From positions 1,475,545 through 1,499,544 of the forward strand of contig NZ_VOAY01000001.1 in assembly GCF_008369125.1 (NCBI RefSeq): a DNA stretch of 24,000 bases. The letters are read 5' to 3'. How positions within the stretch are numbered: position 1 is the first letter of the stretch; each line of letters begins with the position of its first letter. This document shows, in pieces, positions 1 to 8,220 of this stretch. The position numbers were made by a program, and so were the translations under genes. The notes under the pieces are model-generated. The model had not been told where the DNA came from. It ran no database searches and saw only the letters and a list, made by a program, of their open reading frames with translations. The stretch is from Pusillimonas sp. ANT_WB101. GTDB taxonomy: Bacteria > Pseudomonadota > Gammaproteobacteria > Burkholderiales > Burkholderiaceae_B.

Positions 1-764
1 CCCATGGGATCGGAAATGCCAATGGACGTGATCCTTAGATAAGCTTGGGTTGGAAGCATATTGCTGACGTCGAGTAGCAAAGGCGTGCCCAGATCATCAA
101 ACGCTTTCACAAACACCAACGAGGCGCCGGCAACAAAACCTGGCCGGGAAAGTGGAAAAACGATCTTACGAAACAGCCTGAACCCGCTAGACCCTAAAGA
201 CTGCGCCGCCTCCTCCATGGATCGGTCGATATTGCTTAGACTGGCTGACAGATTAATGAGAATGAACGGGAAATAATGGATGCTATCCACCAAGATAACG
301 CCATTTAAGCCTTCCATAAATGGGATGGTAAAGCCAAAATACTGACGCAACAGCAGGTTAACGCTGCCGTTTGTGCCCAGCAGCAAGCGCATGGCCACAG
401 CACCAATAAACGGAGGCATCAACAGCGGGATGAAGGACAGCGTCTGGATAACAATAGACCCAGAAAAATTAAAACGACTTGTAAAGTATGCCAGCGGCAA
501 GGCAAATATGGAGGCAAAAAACACTGAGGCACACGCCACATACAGTGAGTTAACAAACGACTCCCGAAACAAGCTGTTTGCGAAAAAATCGTGAAAATTC
601 AGCAGCGTAAATTCACCAGAGTGAGGGTTTTGAAACGCAACAAAAATCACCTTCACCACGGGGAAGACAAGAAACAGAATCAAAAAGGCGGCGATGACGC
701 CATAGACTACATAAGGTTTTAATGAAGGTAGCCCAAATGCGCGCCGCATCACGCTGCTAGCCAT
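1..764 (-). CDS. ABC transporter permease (binding-protein-dependent, EAA-loop type), truncated by left window edge
   Basis: Absent from the supplied ORF track because it runs off the edge. Reverse-complement translation from ATG 764-762 reads MASSVMRRAFGLPSLKPYVVYGVIAAFLILFLVFPVVKVIFVAF... It stays open to position 1. It contains the permease EAA loop ...NIDRSMEEAAQSLGSSGFRLFRKIVFPLSRPGFVAGAS (about 120-260). It lies directly downstream of the SBP gene on the same strand. An alternative start is ATG 749. Confidence 0.8.
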   Translation of the reverse strand, partial: MASSVMRRAFGLPSLKPYVVYGVIAAFLILFLVFPVVKVIFVAFQNPHSGEFTLLNFHDFFANSLFRESFVNSLYVACASVFFASIFALPLAYFTSRFNFSGSIVIQTLSFIPLLMPPFIGAVAMRLLLGTNGSVNLLLRQYFGFTIPFMEGLNGVILVDSIHYFPFILINLSASLSNIDRSMEEAAQSLGSSGFRLFRKIVFPLSRPGFVAGASLVFVKAFDDLGTPLLLDVSNMLPTQAYLRITSIGISDPM

Positions 765-845
765 CGCAGAATCACTCTCAGGTTATCTGAATATAATAAG
801 GCGGCCTGCGCTCAGTAGGAGCACAAGCCGCCTGGTTGAGAAACA

Positions 846-2195
846 TCACAGCATAGCCTTGGCTTTTTGAGCCAAATCTTTAGCTTTGCTGTAATTTTCA
901 ACGGACTTACCGTCCCAGTCTTTTTCTACCTCAGCCTGACGGCCTTCCACCTTATCTTCGGCCTTCTTGCGCTTTACCTTGAAGATGGCACTGAAGTCGG
1001 GCGCTGACGCCTGTTTTTCCGTAATAGGCACGTTGTAGACCAAGGCTTTGGCCTGGCTGATTAGTTTTTTAGCCTCATCGTTAGGCGATTTTTCAACTGC
1101 GGCTTCTGCTTCGTCAATTGCCTTAACTGCCGCCTGCAACTCAGAAAAACGATAGGTAATCATTACATCGTATAAAGAGTTGACGACGTTATAGCGCCCT
1201 TGCGATAAGTTTGAGTCAAAATGCACACCGGCCTTAATCTCGCCCTTAAACGGGTTGGGAATGCCTTCAGGGGCATTTTTATACGCGTCCTCGGCGACCG
1301 GTAGCCGCATCACTTTAGGGTTAAAGAGTAATTCCTGACCCTTCTCAGACAATACAAAATCGACGAATGTATGCGCTGCCTTAGCATGCGGGGCATTGGC
1401 TACGACGCCAATAGTCGCCGGCACCAGCGTTGTTCCCTCAGGATATTTGAATTTGACGGGGAAGCCTGCCGCTTTGGAGGTAAAGCCAAAATAGTCGATG
1501 ACTATGCCTATACCAAACTCACCGCTATCAACGCCCTCAGGAACACCGAAACTGCGATTGGTAATTAGCTTTGCATTGCCGGCTATTTCTTTGACTGTTT
1601 CCCAACCCTTGTCCCAGCCCTGGCCTTGAAGAATCGTTTCGATTTCCAGGTGAGTCGTGCCCGAACGTGAAGGCGCAGAAATACCAAGATGCTGAAAATA
1701 TATGGGCTTGGTGAGGTCTTCCCAGGTATTAGGGTCTGGCAGTTTGTAGGACGTCATGTAGCTTGTATTCCACATGAATCCATACCCTGAAAGGGCAAAC
1801 CCAAGAAAATAGCCATCAGGATCATCAATCTGATAGCCATTTATTTCGGATGCTGTTTTCTTGGTGGCCGGTACATATTTTTCGAGCAGATTGTTCGCTT
1901 TCAACACTTCGAAAGCATCAGGCGAAGAGGCCCAGAATATATCTGTTTTGTTGTTGCCTGCAGTTTCCTGCAAATACTGTACGCCGGCCGACGTTCCTTT
2001 GTTGATGACATCAAGGTTTATATCAGGATGTTCTTTTTTGAAAGCCTGCTTGAACACGGCTGTCTGGTCAGCGGCGAACGATGTCACGATGACGAGATCG
2101 TTATCGGCAGCAACTGCGTCAGCTACTGTAAAACATATGCCGGCGGTGGCAACGGCAGCGAAGATACGCAGCCGACGTTTGTAAATCGAGGTCAT
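846..2195 (-). CDS. ABC transporter periplasmic substrate-binding protein (family-1 / Fe(3+)-like SBP fold) with Lys/Glu/Ala-rich C-terminal extension
   Basis: 449-aa ORF. ATG 2195 is preceded by the SD AAGGAGGA (2202-2209, minus strand) at 6 nt spacing. Signal-peptide-like N-terminus RRLRIFAAVATAGICFTVADAVAA. SBP-like core (DLVIVTSF, DIFWASSPDAFEVLK). It forms an operon with the downstream permease. Confidence 0.8.
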   Translation of the reverse strand: MTSIYKRRLRIFAAVATAGICFTVADAVAADNDLVIVTSFAADQTAVFKQAFKKEHPDINLDVINKGTSAGVQYLQETAGNNKTDIFWASSPDAFEVLKANNLLEKYVPATKKTASEINGYQIDDPDGYFLGFALSGYGFMWNTSYMTSYKLPDPNTWEDLTKPIYFQHLGISAPSRSGTTHLEIETILQGQGWDKGWETVKEIAGNAKLITNRSFGVPEGVDSGEFGIGIVIDYFGFTSKAAGFPVKFKYPEGTTLVPATIGVVANAPHAKAAHTFVDFVLSEKGQELLFNPKVMRLPVAEDAYKNAPEGIPNPFKGEIKAGVHFDSNLSQGRYNVVNSLYDVMITYRFSELQAAVKAIDEAEAAVEKSPNDEAKKLISQAKALVYNVPITEKQASAPDFSAIFKVKRKKAEDKVEGRQAEVEKDWDGKSVENYSKAKDLAQKAKAML

Positions 2196-2447
2196 TGGTA
2201 GTCCTCCTTCTTTGTTTACATTCTGCTGCGCTATCTCCGTATATATTTTTTTTGTCTTCTCCGCTTGTATTCTATTACCTGCGGGTATATTTGTTAAACC
2301 TTAATATTCGAAACTATATGTAACCGTATATCGGAGCATGTTCATTTGTGGAGAGTCTCGCAGAGCTAAGACAGCTCCTCCAACACCAAAATCCATGCAA
2401 CCCACACACATCGCGGTAAGATGTTCTGTAATGATGGAGGCAATACC

Positions 2448-3344
2448 ATGCGTATCCTGCTCACTGGTGGTACCGGCCTGATCGGTCGAGAACTTTGCAA
2501 GCGCTGGAGCGGCGAAGGGCATGAGCTTATCGTTTTAAGCCGCCAACCGCAGAACGTGCCTCAGCTTTGCAGCGGCGCTCGGGGTATTCAAAGCCTGGAT
2601 CAGCTGAACGACACTGCTGCTTTAGACGCGGTAATCAATTTGGCGGGCGCGCCTATCGCTGATCGCCCGTGGACTAAGGCCCGGCGCGAGGTGCTCTGGA
2701 AAAGCCGGGTTGATCTCACCCAAAATCTGGTCAGTTGGTTAGCCAATCAAGCCATACGCCCATCTGTTCTGATCTCAGGCTCTGCCACCGGCATCTATGG
2801 CGATTGCGGTGACGCCGTACTCGACGAAAACAGCCCCACAGACACCGGCGATTTTGGCAGCAAACTATGTGTAGCCTGGGAAGAAGCAGCGCGTGACGCT
2901 GAAACCCTGGGCATTCGGGTGGTGCGGTTGCGCACTGCCCCTGTCCTGGCACCCAATGCCGGCATGCTGGCCAAGATGAAGCTTCCTTTTAGCTTAGGGC
3001 TGGGTGGGCGACTGGGTAATGGTCAGCAATGGATGCCGTGGATACACCTTGCCGATGAGGTGGGTTTAATCGATTTTCTTCTGCATTGCGACGTGTGCAC
3101 CGGGGCCTGGAACGCCTGCGCACCCCAAACCGTGCGCAACGCCGAGTTTGTGCGTGCACTGGGGCTCGCCTTGCACAGACCCACGGTTTTGCCGGTTCCC
3201 GCTGCGCTCTTGCGCCTGGCCTTGGGTGAGATGTCAATATTGCTGTTGGGTGGCCAGCGCGTGCAGGCCCATTGCGCTCACGCGGCAAGCTATCGTTTTC
3301 AATTTGAACGACTGGACGAAGCCTTGATTGATGTGTTGTATTGA
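2448..3344 (+). CDS. TIGR01777/YfcH-family NAD-dependent epimerase (SDR fold with DUF1731-type C-terminus)
   Basis: MRILLTGGTGLIGRELC is a Rossmann GxxGxxG motif. The C-terminus ...LLGGQRVQAHCAHAASYRFQFERLDEALIDVL is typical of the YfcH family. ATG 2448 has a GGAGG SD at 2436-2440, so the ORF-track start at 2421 is probably 9 codons too long. Confidence 0.85.
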   Translation: MRILLTGGTGLIGRELCKRWSGEGHELIVLSRQPQNVPQLCSGARGIQSLDQLNDTAALDAVINLAGAPIADRPWTKARREVLWKSRVDLTQNLVSWLANQAIRPSVLISGSATGIYGDCGDAVLDENSPTDTGDFGSKLCVAWEEAARDAETLGIRVVRLRTAPVLAPNAGMLAKMKLPFSLGLGGRLGNGQQWMPWIHLADEVGLIDFLLHCDVCTGAWNACAPQTVRNAEFVRALGLALHRPTVLPVPAALLRLALGEMSILLLGGQRVQAHCAHAASYRFQFERLDEALIDVLY

Positions 3345-3354
3345 GCTGTGCCGC

Positions 3355-3424
3355 CCTTGCCTTGCCTTGCCTTGCCTTGCCTTGCCTTGCCTTGCCTTGC
3401 CTTGCCTTGCCTTGCCTTGCCTTG
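3355..3424. repeat. Perfect pentanucleotide microsatellite (CCTTG)x14
   Basis: Counted directly: 70 bp with 14 uninterrupted CCTTG units. It starts 10 bp after the epimerase stop codon (3342-3344). Confidence 0.98.
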
Positions 3425-3969
3425 CAGTGTGCACCAAAAGGCAGAGTGCATGGTATTTCCGTTTCTCTGGCCTTTATCGTTCACTCGTTTGCTACGCATA
3501 AAGATGGCTAGTTATGGCCACATCAAACTACGTAAATTACAGGCTGAAGTGCATCAAACCATGTGGGCTCCTGCGATTAAATCTGACTGTAAAACGATGG
3601 AGAAACGACGCGAAATACTAAACTCAAAAAAAGGCTCGCGGAGACCCTCTCAACTGCAGCCCGCAGCACACATAAGCATCATTCACCATATTGAATCTAG
3701 GGTTTATGCCCGTTTCATTATTTCAGGCTGTAACTGAAAATTGATCAGAGAACTAAGAAAGGTCTGAGTAAGTCGATTTTCAGTTGAGTCCGTTGTCTTA
3801 ACTGATTGATTTTATAGAATCTATTTTTTATCCGGAGCTTGCTCAGAGCCTTCTTAATGCCCGGAATGTGCCGCCTTCACAACTGATGCACTAACACCCG
3901 CGTATTGGCCTGTTGAGCACAATCTGAACTACCCAGTAACAGCAATCTTAAAACGCCGTGGGGTATCCA

Positions 3970-4563
3970 ATGAGCTTAATCAAATCTGTCGCATTATCGG
4001 CCTGTCTGCTTTGGCCTGTTCTTGTGCCAGTCGCCGTTGCCCAAGATAGTGTGGCAGAGATTCTGGAAAAGGCACGCGCTGAAGCCAGAATTCATAACGA
4101 GTACAAGCTTGCCTTAAACGACCCCGATCCTGGTGTTCGGCTGGCCGTTTTCAATCAAATGCTGCAACAAGACGACCCCGGTCTTCATAAGTTGGCCATT
4201 GAAACTGGCTTAACCAGTGCCGATAGCATGATGCGCTCAACAGCTCTGAAAGGCGCCGTGCTGTCGCTAACGCAACTGCACATCAAACTGGCTGTCGATC
4301 CAAAATCATCTCCGCGACAACAAACTGAGGCGAAAAAATATCTTGAACAGTACGGTTCTGCAATAGCGCTAACCATGCAAAAAAAAGATGAGAAAGAAGG
4401 AGTGTTTACTGCCAGCTCATGGAGTGGCCAAGTCAACAACCTTCAGTTATTACTTCTATATAGCAATATCAACGCAGTGTTGACACTACAGGACGACAAC
4501 TCCCTTAAAGGCACACTAAATCGAAGTAACATTCCATATATCGCATCGATCGATTTATTTTGA
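3970..4563 (+). CDS. Secreted hypothetical protein with HEAT/PBS-lyase-like repeat signature
   Basis: ATG 3970 is preceded by GGGG (3959-3962); the ORF track uses GTG 3958. Signal peptide MSLIKSVALSACLLWPVLVPVAVA-QD. NDPDPGVRLAVFNQMLQQDDP resembles the HEAT_PBS motif. It converges on the protease gene with only 13 bp between the stop codons. Confidence 0.6.
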   Translation: MSLIKSVALSACLLWPVLVPVAVAQDSVAEILEKARAEARIHNEYKLALNDPDPGVRLAVFNQMLQQDDPGLHKLAIETGLTSADSMMRSTALKGAVLSLTQLHIKLAVDPKSSPRQQTEAKKYLEQYGSAIALTMQKKDEKEGVFTASSWSGQVNNLQLLLLYSNINAVLTLQDDNSLKGTLNRSNIPYIASIDLF

Positions 4564-4576
4564 ACCGAACTTAGCA

Positions 4577-5746
4577 TCATTGTTGCCACAACACCTTCAA
4601 TCGTCGCAGGCTGACAGCATCTGCTGTATCTGTTGTCGAGGCAATGCTTACTCGAATCATTTGTGCACGCCTGGGTGCAAAGTGAATGGTGGCCACACCA
4701 TCTTGGTAAGCCGGCGCCACCGATATAACTGACGTCCAGGTACGCGTAACTGGGGTAGGTTTGATCAGTATCTCTACCCTGCCGGGTAATTCGTTACCAG
4801 GCAGCCCACGGCCATCCAGCACAATACCTGACACCACAGTGCTTTTTGCGCCGAGCGAAAAATCCAGCGTCAGCGGCCATTCATCCGGTGCGACACGCCA
4901 CAGCCCATCATTACCCTGAGCGTACAGATTTTGTGCCCGAAACGCATCGTCTGTCGGCGGATTGCTCCAGGCTTTAATTTCTAGCATGGCGTTTGATTGT
5001 GCGCCGATCTCTTTCGCTTCGGCTGGCAGCTCAGTATTTGATTCTGCCTCGCGTGCCTGCGATGCATTGGCATTCCTCTCGCTCCGCGTTGCCGTTTCAT
5101 TTCGCAGAAAGGCATCCACTTTAGACATGAGAAAGTCCTGCCGGACTACGGTTCCGACCCCCGACCGGGCATTGACAGACACCAACATGCCGATTACTGC
5201 ACCGTCGATAAGCAGTTGGCTACCACTAAAACCTTTACGTATGACACTGCTGGAACGCGTAGGTTGAACACGCAGTAACTGGACGCCGTCGTTATCTACG
5301 ATACTGACAGCCAATTGCCCTATCGTGCCATCACCGTTAACGTAGCGCAACACAGCGATTCCGTTGCGCTTCAGCTGTGAGTCTACCGCGCGGGCAATGC
5401 TGGACGCACTTAGACCACAGTCGGGCTCTGCTATGCCCTGTACGGGGGCTATGGCGACATCATCCGCCAGATCAGTGGCCGTGCCGGCCTCACCAAACAA
5501 GCGTTGCTTGCCCTCACGTCGCACGTTGTGTCTGCCTCCCTGCTCCACAGCAACGTGCATGGGCATTACCGCATAGCAGCGCCCTGCATAAGTGGTCAGA
5601 AATGATTGACCTGTTTCAAGCGCTGTCTGTCCGGCAGACAACACCACGGCCTGTTGCGAAAATGCGGACGACGTGAGCAGAGCCAAGCAAGCCAGCATCA
5701 TCCTAATTAGCCAGAGCTTATTACGCATGCTTGTGTTTGACAGCAT
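4577..5746 (-). CDS. Secreted trypsin-like (S1/Trypsin_2-type) serine protease with C-terminal discoidin/galactose-binding-like domain
   Basis: Signal peptide MRNKLWLIRMMLACLALLTSSAFS. Candidate catalytic triad in the canonical order: His in AVMPMHVA, Asp in DLADDVAIAP, Ser in RKGFSGSQLL. A low-complexity linker (RSERNANASQAREAESNTELPAEAKE) is followed by a beta-rich domain of about 130 aa. The start lies 5 nt after the upstream stop codon. Confidence 0.65.
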   Translation of the reverse strand: MLSNTSMRNKLWLIRMMLACLALLTSSAFSQQAVVLSAGQTALETGQSFLTTYAGRCYAVMPMHVAVEQGGRHNVRREGKQRLFGEAGTATDLADDVAIAPVQGIAEPDCGLSASSIARAVDSQLKRNGIAVLRYVNGDGTIGQLAVSIVDNDGVQLLRVQPTRSSSVIRKGFSGSQLLIDGAVIGMLVSVNARSGVGTVVRQDFLMSKVDAFLRNETATRSERNANASQAREAESNTELPAEAKEIGAQSNAMLEIKAWSNPPTDDAFRAQNLYAQGNDGLWRVAPDEWPLTLDFSLGAKSTVVSGIVLDGRGLPGNELPGRVEILIKPTPVTRTWTSVISVAPAYQDGVATIHFAPRRAQMIRVSIASTTDTADAVSLRRLKVLWQQ

Positions 5747-5751
5747 AAGCC

Positions 5752-6837
5752 CTATCCCTCTTCAGCGTCATCATCAGGCGCGTTCGCCACTGCCTTTTTG
5801 CGGCGACCCCAACACCAGCGTTTGACGTCAGGCATCGCCCGCAGAACATTCAGCAACGAACTGGCCAGTGTCAAAAACCCCGTCAACAACACCAAGGCTA
5901 TAACCAGTGTGCTTTGATGTTTAACTTTGACCCACCAACTGGCCTGGAAACTGTATTTGCCCCCGCCATAACGCTCGATATCCACGCCCTCTGCGGGTGC
6001 AAACATTACAACATCCATGGTTTTGTACGCGCTGATATCAGGCTGCGCCGTGGTAAAGCGCACAAATCCCTTTGGCAACACAAGCGCACCATTTTTATCC
6101 CTGACACCGGCTAATACAACCTGGTCTCCAAGCATGAGCGTAGACTCCTCGGCCAAGGTTCTGCCTGCCAGCGCATCTTCAGATGCCGCAAAAACAGCCA
6201 ACTGCCCACCTTGCAGCATTTTATTGACGCTCCACGCCACATCATGTCCTACCTTTGTATGCCCTGCAAATGGTAATACGGTCGTTGAGACTTGCCGCAC
6301 TTCAGAGCGGGGTCGCCAGCTGACATTGACCTGTGAAGCCAACGGGCGTCGGACTGAATCGCTTTCATCAGTACTAACAAACCCAAGCGGTCCGCTATCA
6401 CGTCGTAAAGCCATGTACACCACGCCGGAAGCTTGAGTGGATATTTTGACGTTTATCGGGTTTCCAACGTCAGCAGTTAAATCCAACAGCTGTTTGTTTG
6501 CCGTATCAGGCCATTTCAGCGCTTGCCAAGCCTGGCTGCCACAGGCATTTTCATGTGTCTCTGGGCCCTCTACCGCTTTTTGTCGACCAGGTAGTCGCTC
6601 ACAGACAAGTGCCTGCCCAATGTCCCATTGGGTGCGGCCTACCAGTTTAATGTCAATAATCTCAGTCTGCGCAGTCAGGCTTAGCTGCCAGGAGGCATGT
6701 GCTCGCAAAATATTAAACAGCGCAATTACGACAACCAGTAACAAACCCAAGAACAAAAACACCTGAATCTTGGCCATAACCCAAGACGTCCTGTTTGCGC
6801 CGGCCTTATCCGCAGGTAAAACCGGCTCATCCATCAT
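5752..6837 (-). CDS. Bitopic/two-TM inner-membrane protein with large periplasmic domain, unknown function
   Basis: 361-aa ORF. N-terminal TM segment IQVFLFLGLLLVVVIALFNIL and C-terminal TM segment STLVIALVLLTGFLTLASSLLNVL, followed by a basic then acidic tail. The start ATG overlaps the upstream stop codon (ATGA at 6834-6837). Confidence 0.6.
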   Translation of the reverse strand: MMDEPVLPADKAGANRTSWVMAKIQVFLFLGLLLVVVIALFNILRAHASWQLSLTAQTEIIDIKLVGRTQWDIGQALVCERLPGRQKAVEGPETHENACGSQAWQALKWPDTANKQLLDLTADVGNPINVKISTQASGVVYMALRRDSGPLGFVSTDESDSVRRPLASQVNVSWRPRSEVRQVSTTVLPFAGHTKVGHDVAWSVNKMLQGGQLAVFAASEDALAGRTLAEESTLMLGDQVVLAGVRDKNGALVLPKGFVRFTTAQPDISAYKTMDVVMFAPAEGVDIERYGGGKYSFQASWWVKVKHQSTLVIALVLLTGFLTLASSLLNVLRAMPDVKRWCWGRRKKAVANAPDDDAEEG

Positions 6838-7580
6838 GGGGTGCCGCCATAAAGAACAGTTACAGAAGCCTTGGGCAATTCACGTCCGTAAATTTCGCGC
6901 TCTATGGTGACTTCAGCCGCGCCTTTTAAAGCAGCCGGCACGTCAACATTGCAGACGTAATCAAAGCTAGTGCGTCGCCCTTCAACGGGTACACAATCGA
7001 CGGCATTCTGATCGGAAAATGATGCATACACATCGGTGGCATTGAACGAATTAATGTACAAACGCAGTTGATGCTGTTCAGCAGAATCAGAACGATGCAC
7101 CACATAGGTATTGCCAGTGGGCGCATCACACGACCCGTTGGCAGCCTGGACGGCGACTTCTAAATTTGCGTATTTAGCGAGAAAAGGCAGTTGTAGAGAT
7201 TTTTTATACGGTAGTAAAACAATATCACCAGGCTGCGTATCTGGCGGGAACACATACTGATTACTGGCCATGTATACGCCATCTCGCGTCAGAACGCTCA
7301 GACAGACTTCAGACGCGGCAGAATTCGCTTCGCTTATGATGGCTAGACTGCCCAGCGCCTTGCCATCTATCACGCTGTTATCAGAAACACCAACGATTAC
7401 TGCGCCGCTCACCACAACATCCTGACTTATGGTTTCGTTAAAAACCCCTTTAAGTGTAGCCATTTTTGGCGGAGCCGCGATTGCCACACTGCTGGCAGCC
7501 GATGCAACGGCAAGCAACACCCGCGCAAGCACATGCCACCGCATACTTGGACCTGGTTCAGGCAGAAAGAGCTTCGGCAT
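6834..7580 (-). CDS. Secreted beta-rich hypothetical protein (4 Cys)
   Basis: 248-aa ORF. AAGGAG SD sits 6 nt upstream of ATG 7580. Signal peptide ...MRWHVLARVLLAVASAASSVAIAAP. No family recognised. Confidence 0.6.
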   Translation of the reverse strand: MPKLFLPEPGPSMRWHVLARVLLAVASAASSVAIAAPPKMATLKGVFNETISQDVVVSGAVIVGVSDNSVIDGKALGSLAIISEANSAASEVCLSVLTRDGVYMASNQYVFPPDTQPGDIVLLPYKKSLQLPFLAKYANLEVAVQAANGSCDAPTGNTYVVHRSDSAEQHQLRLYINSFNATDVYASFSDQNAVDCVPVEGRRTSFDYVCNVDVPAALKGAAEVTIEREIYGRELPKASVTVLYGGTP

Positions 7581-7596
7581 GCTTGCTCCTTACAGC

Positions 7597-7620
7597 AATG
7601 CAGGGCAAGTACCCTGCATT
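7597..7620 (-). other. Perfect 9-bp intercistronic stem-loop (AATGCAGGG-N6-CCCTGCATT)
   Basis: The two arms are exact reverse complements (7597-7605 and 7612-7620). It lies between the stop of the 117-aa gene (7650) and the SD/ATG of the next gene (7580). No U-tract follows it. Confidence 0.45.
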
Positions 7621-7649
7621 TGCTCGAGGTTTACGTGCTTTGTGTCAGA

Positions 7650-8003
7650 CTATTTACGCCAATACTCGTTAGCGGCGGCAATGGTCTGGAAATGCGTAGC
7701 CACAACATGAGAGACGGCGATCAGGCTGTTGGCATCATGAGCATAACTCGGGCGTAGTGCTTTGCGAACAGCTGGGTCAGTTTGGGTGGTTGCCACACCC
7801 TTTTGCGACAACTTTACCGCAAGGGCGAAGCCTGCTTCAGGTGTTTCTGTAATAAGCGTGGCCAAGCCTGCTTTTTGCATTTCAGGCTTGTCTTGGGCAG
7901 AGGCAATACTGATATAGCCTATGGCCAAGGTCACTGCCAACAACGACGTAAAGAGAAATCGCTTTGGCATCCATGTACATCGCCGATATACGGTCGTATT
8001 CAT
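7650..8003 (-). CDS. Small secreted hypothetical protein
   Basis: 117-aa ORF. Hydrophobic signal segment FLFTSLLAVTLAIGYISIASA-QD. The start is either ATG 8003 (GGGGG about 9 nt upstream) or ATG 7970. Likely the first gene of the four-gene operon. Confidence 0.55.
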   Translation of the reverse strand: MNTTVYRRCTWMPKRFLFTSLLAVTLAIGYISIASAQDKPEMQKAGLATLITETPEAGFALAVKLSQKGVATTQTDPAVRKALRPSYAHDANSLIAVSHVVATHFQTIAAANEYWRK

Positions 8004-8220
8004 TTTGTCATCCCCCTAAAAAGTACTGTTTATTGCACAGAATTTTATGGCGTCTTGAAAAAGGCCACGGCGTAAAAAGCAAACTTCATCAACCCCATGC
8101 TAGCGGGAGGTGCTCCACACCGTCAACAGGGGTATTAGGGCGTACCAGTTTCGCGAAAATGCCCACCTAGCCGCGATTGATCTCGCTGTGCTGAAGTAGT
8201 CAGCACCACCATGACTGGTT

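Noticed and set aside
2196-2447. Riboswitch or other leader RNA upstream of the ABC importer, and ORF 2301-2522(-)
   Set aside because: I could not recognise any conserved riboswitch core by eye. The 73-aa ORF overlaps the epimerase start on the opposite strand and has no RBS. I treat the region as a plain divergent promoter region.
3234-3737. ORFs 3234-3437(-), 3299-3499(-) and 3348-3737(+), which encode KARQG or LPCLA repeat peptides
   Set aside because: They are simply translations of the (CCTTG)x14 microsatellite in different frames. None has an SD. The non-repeat parts have implausible composition, and the ORFs overlap each other.
4564-4576. Search for a bidirectional terminator between the convergent HEAT-like and protease genes
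   Set aside because: Only 13 bp separate the two stop codons and no stem-loop fits. Termination signals, if any, must lie inside the opposing coding regions.
8188-8206. Hairpin GTGCTGA-AGTAG-TCAGCAC just downstream of the nuclease-helicase stop codon, considered as an intrinsic terminator
   Set aside because: The stem is only 7 bp and no U-tract follows on the minus strand. I cannot support a terminator call from sequence alone.
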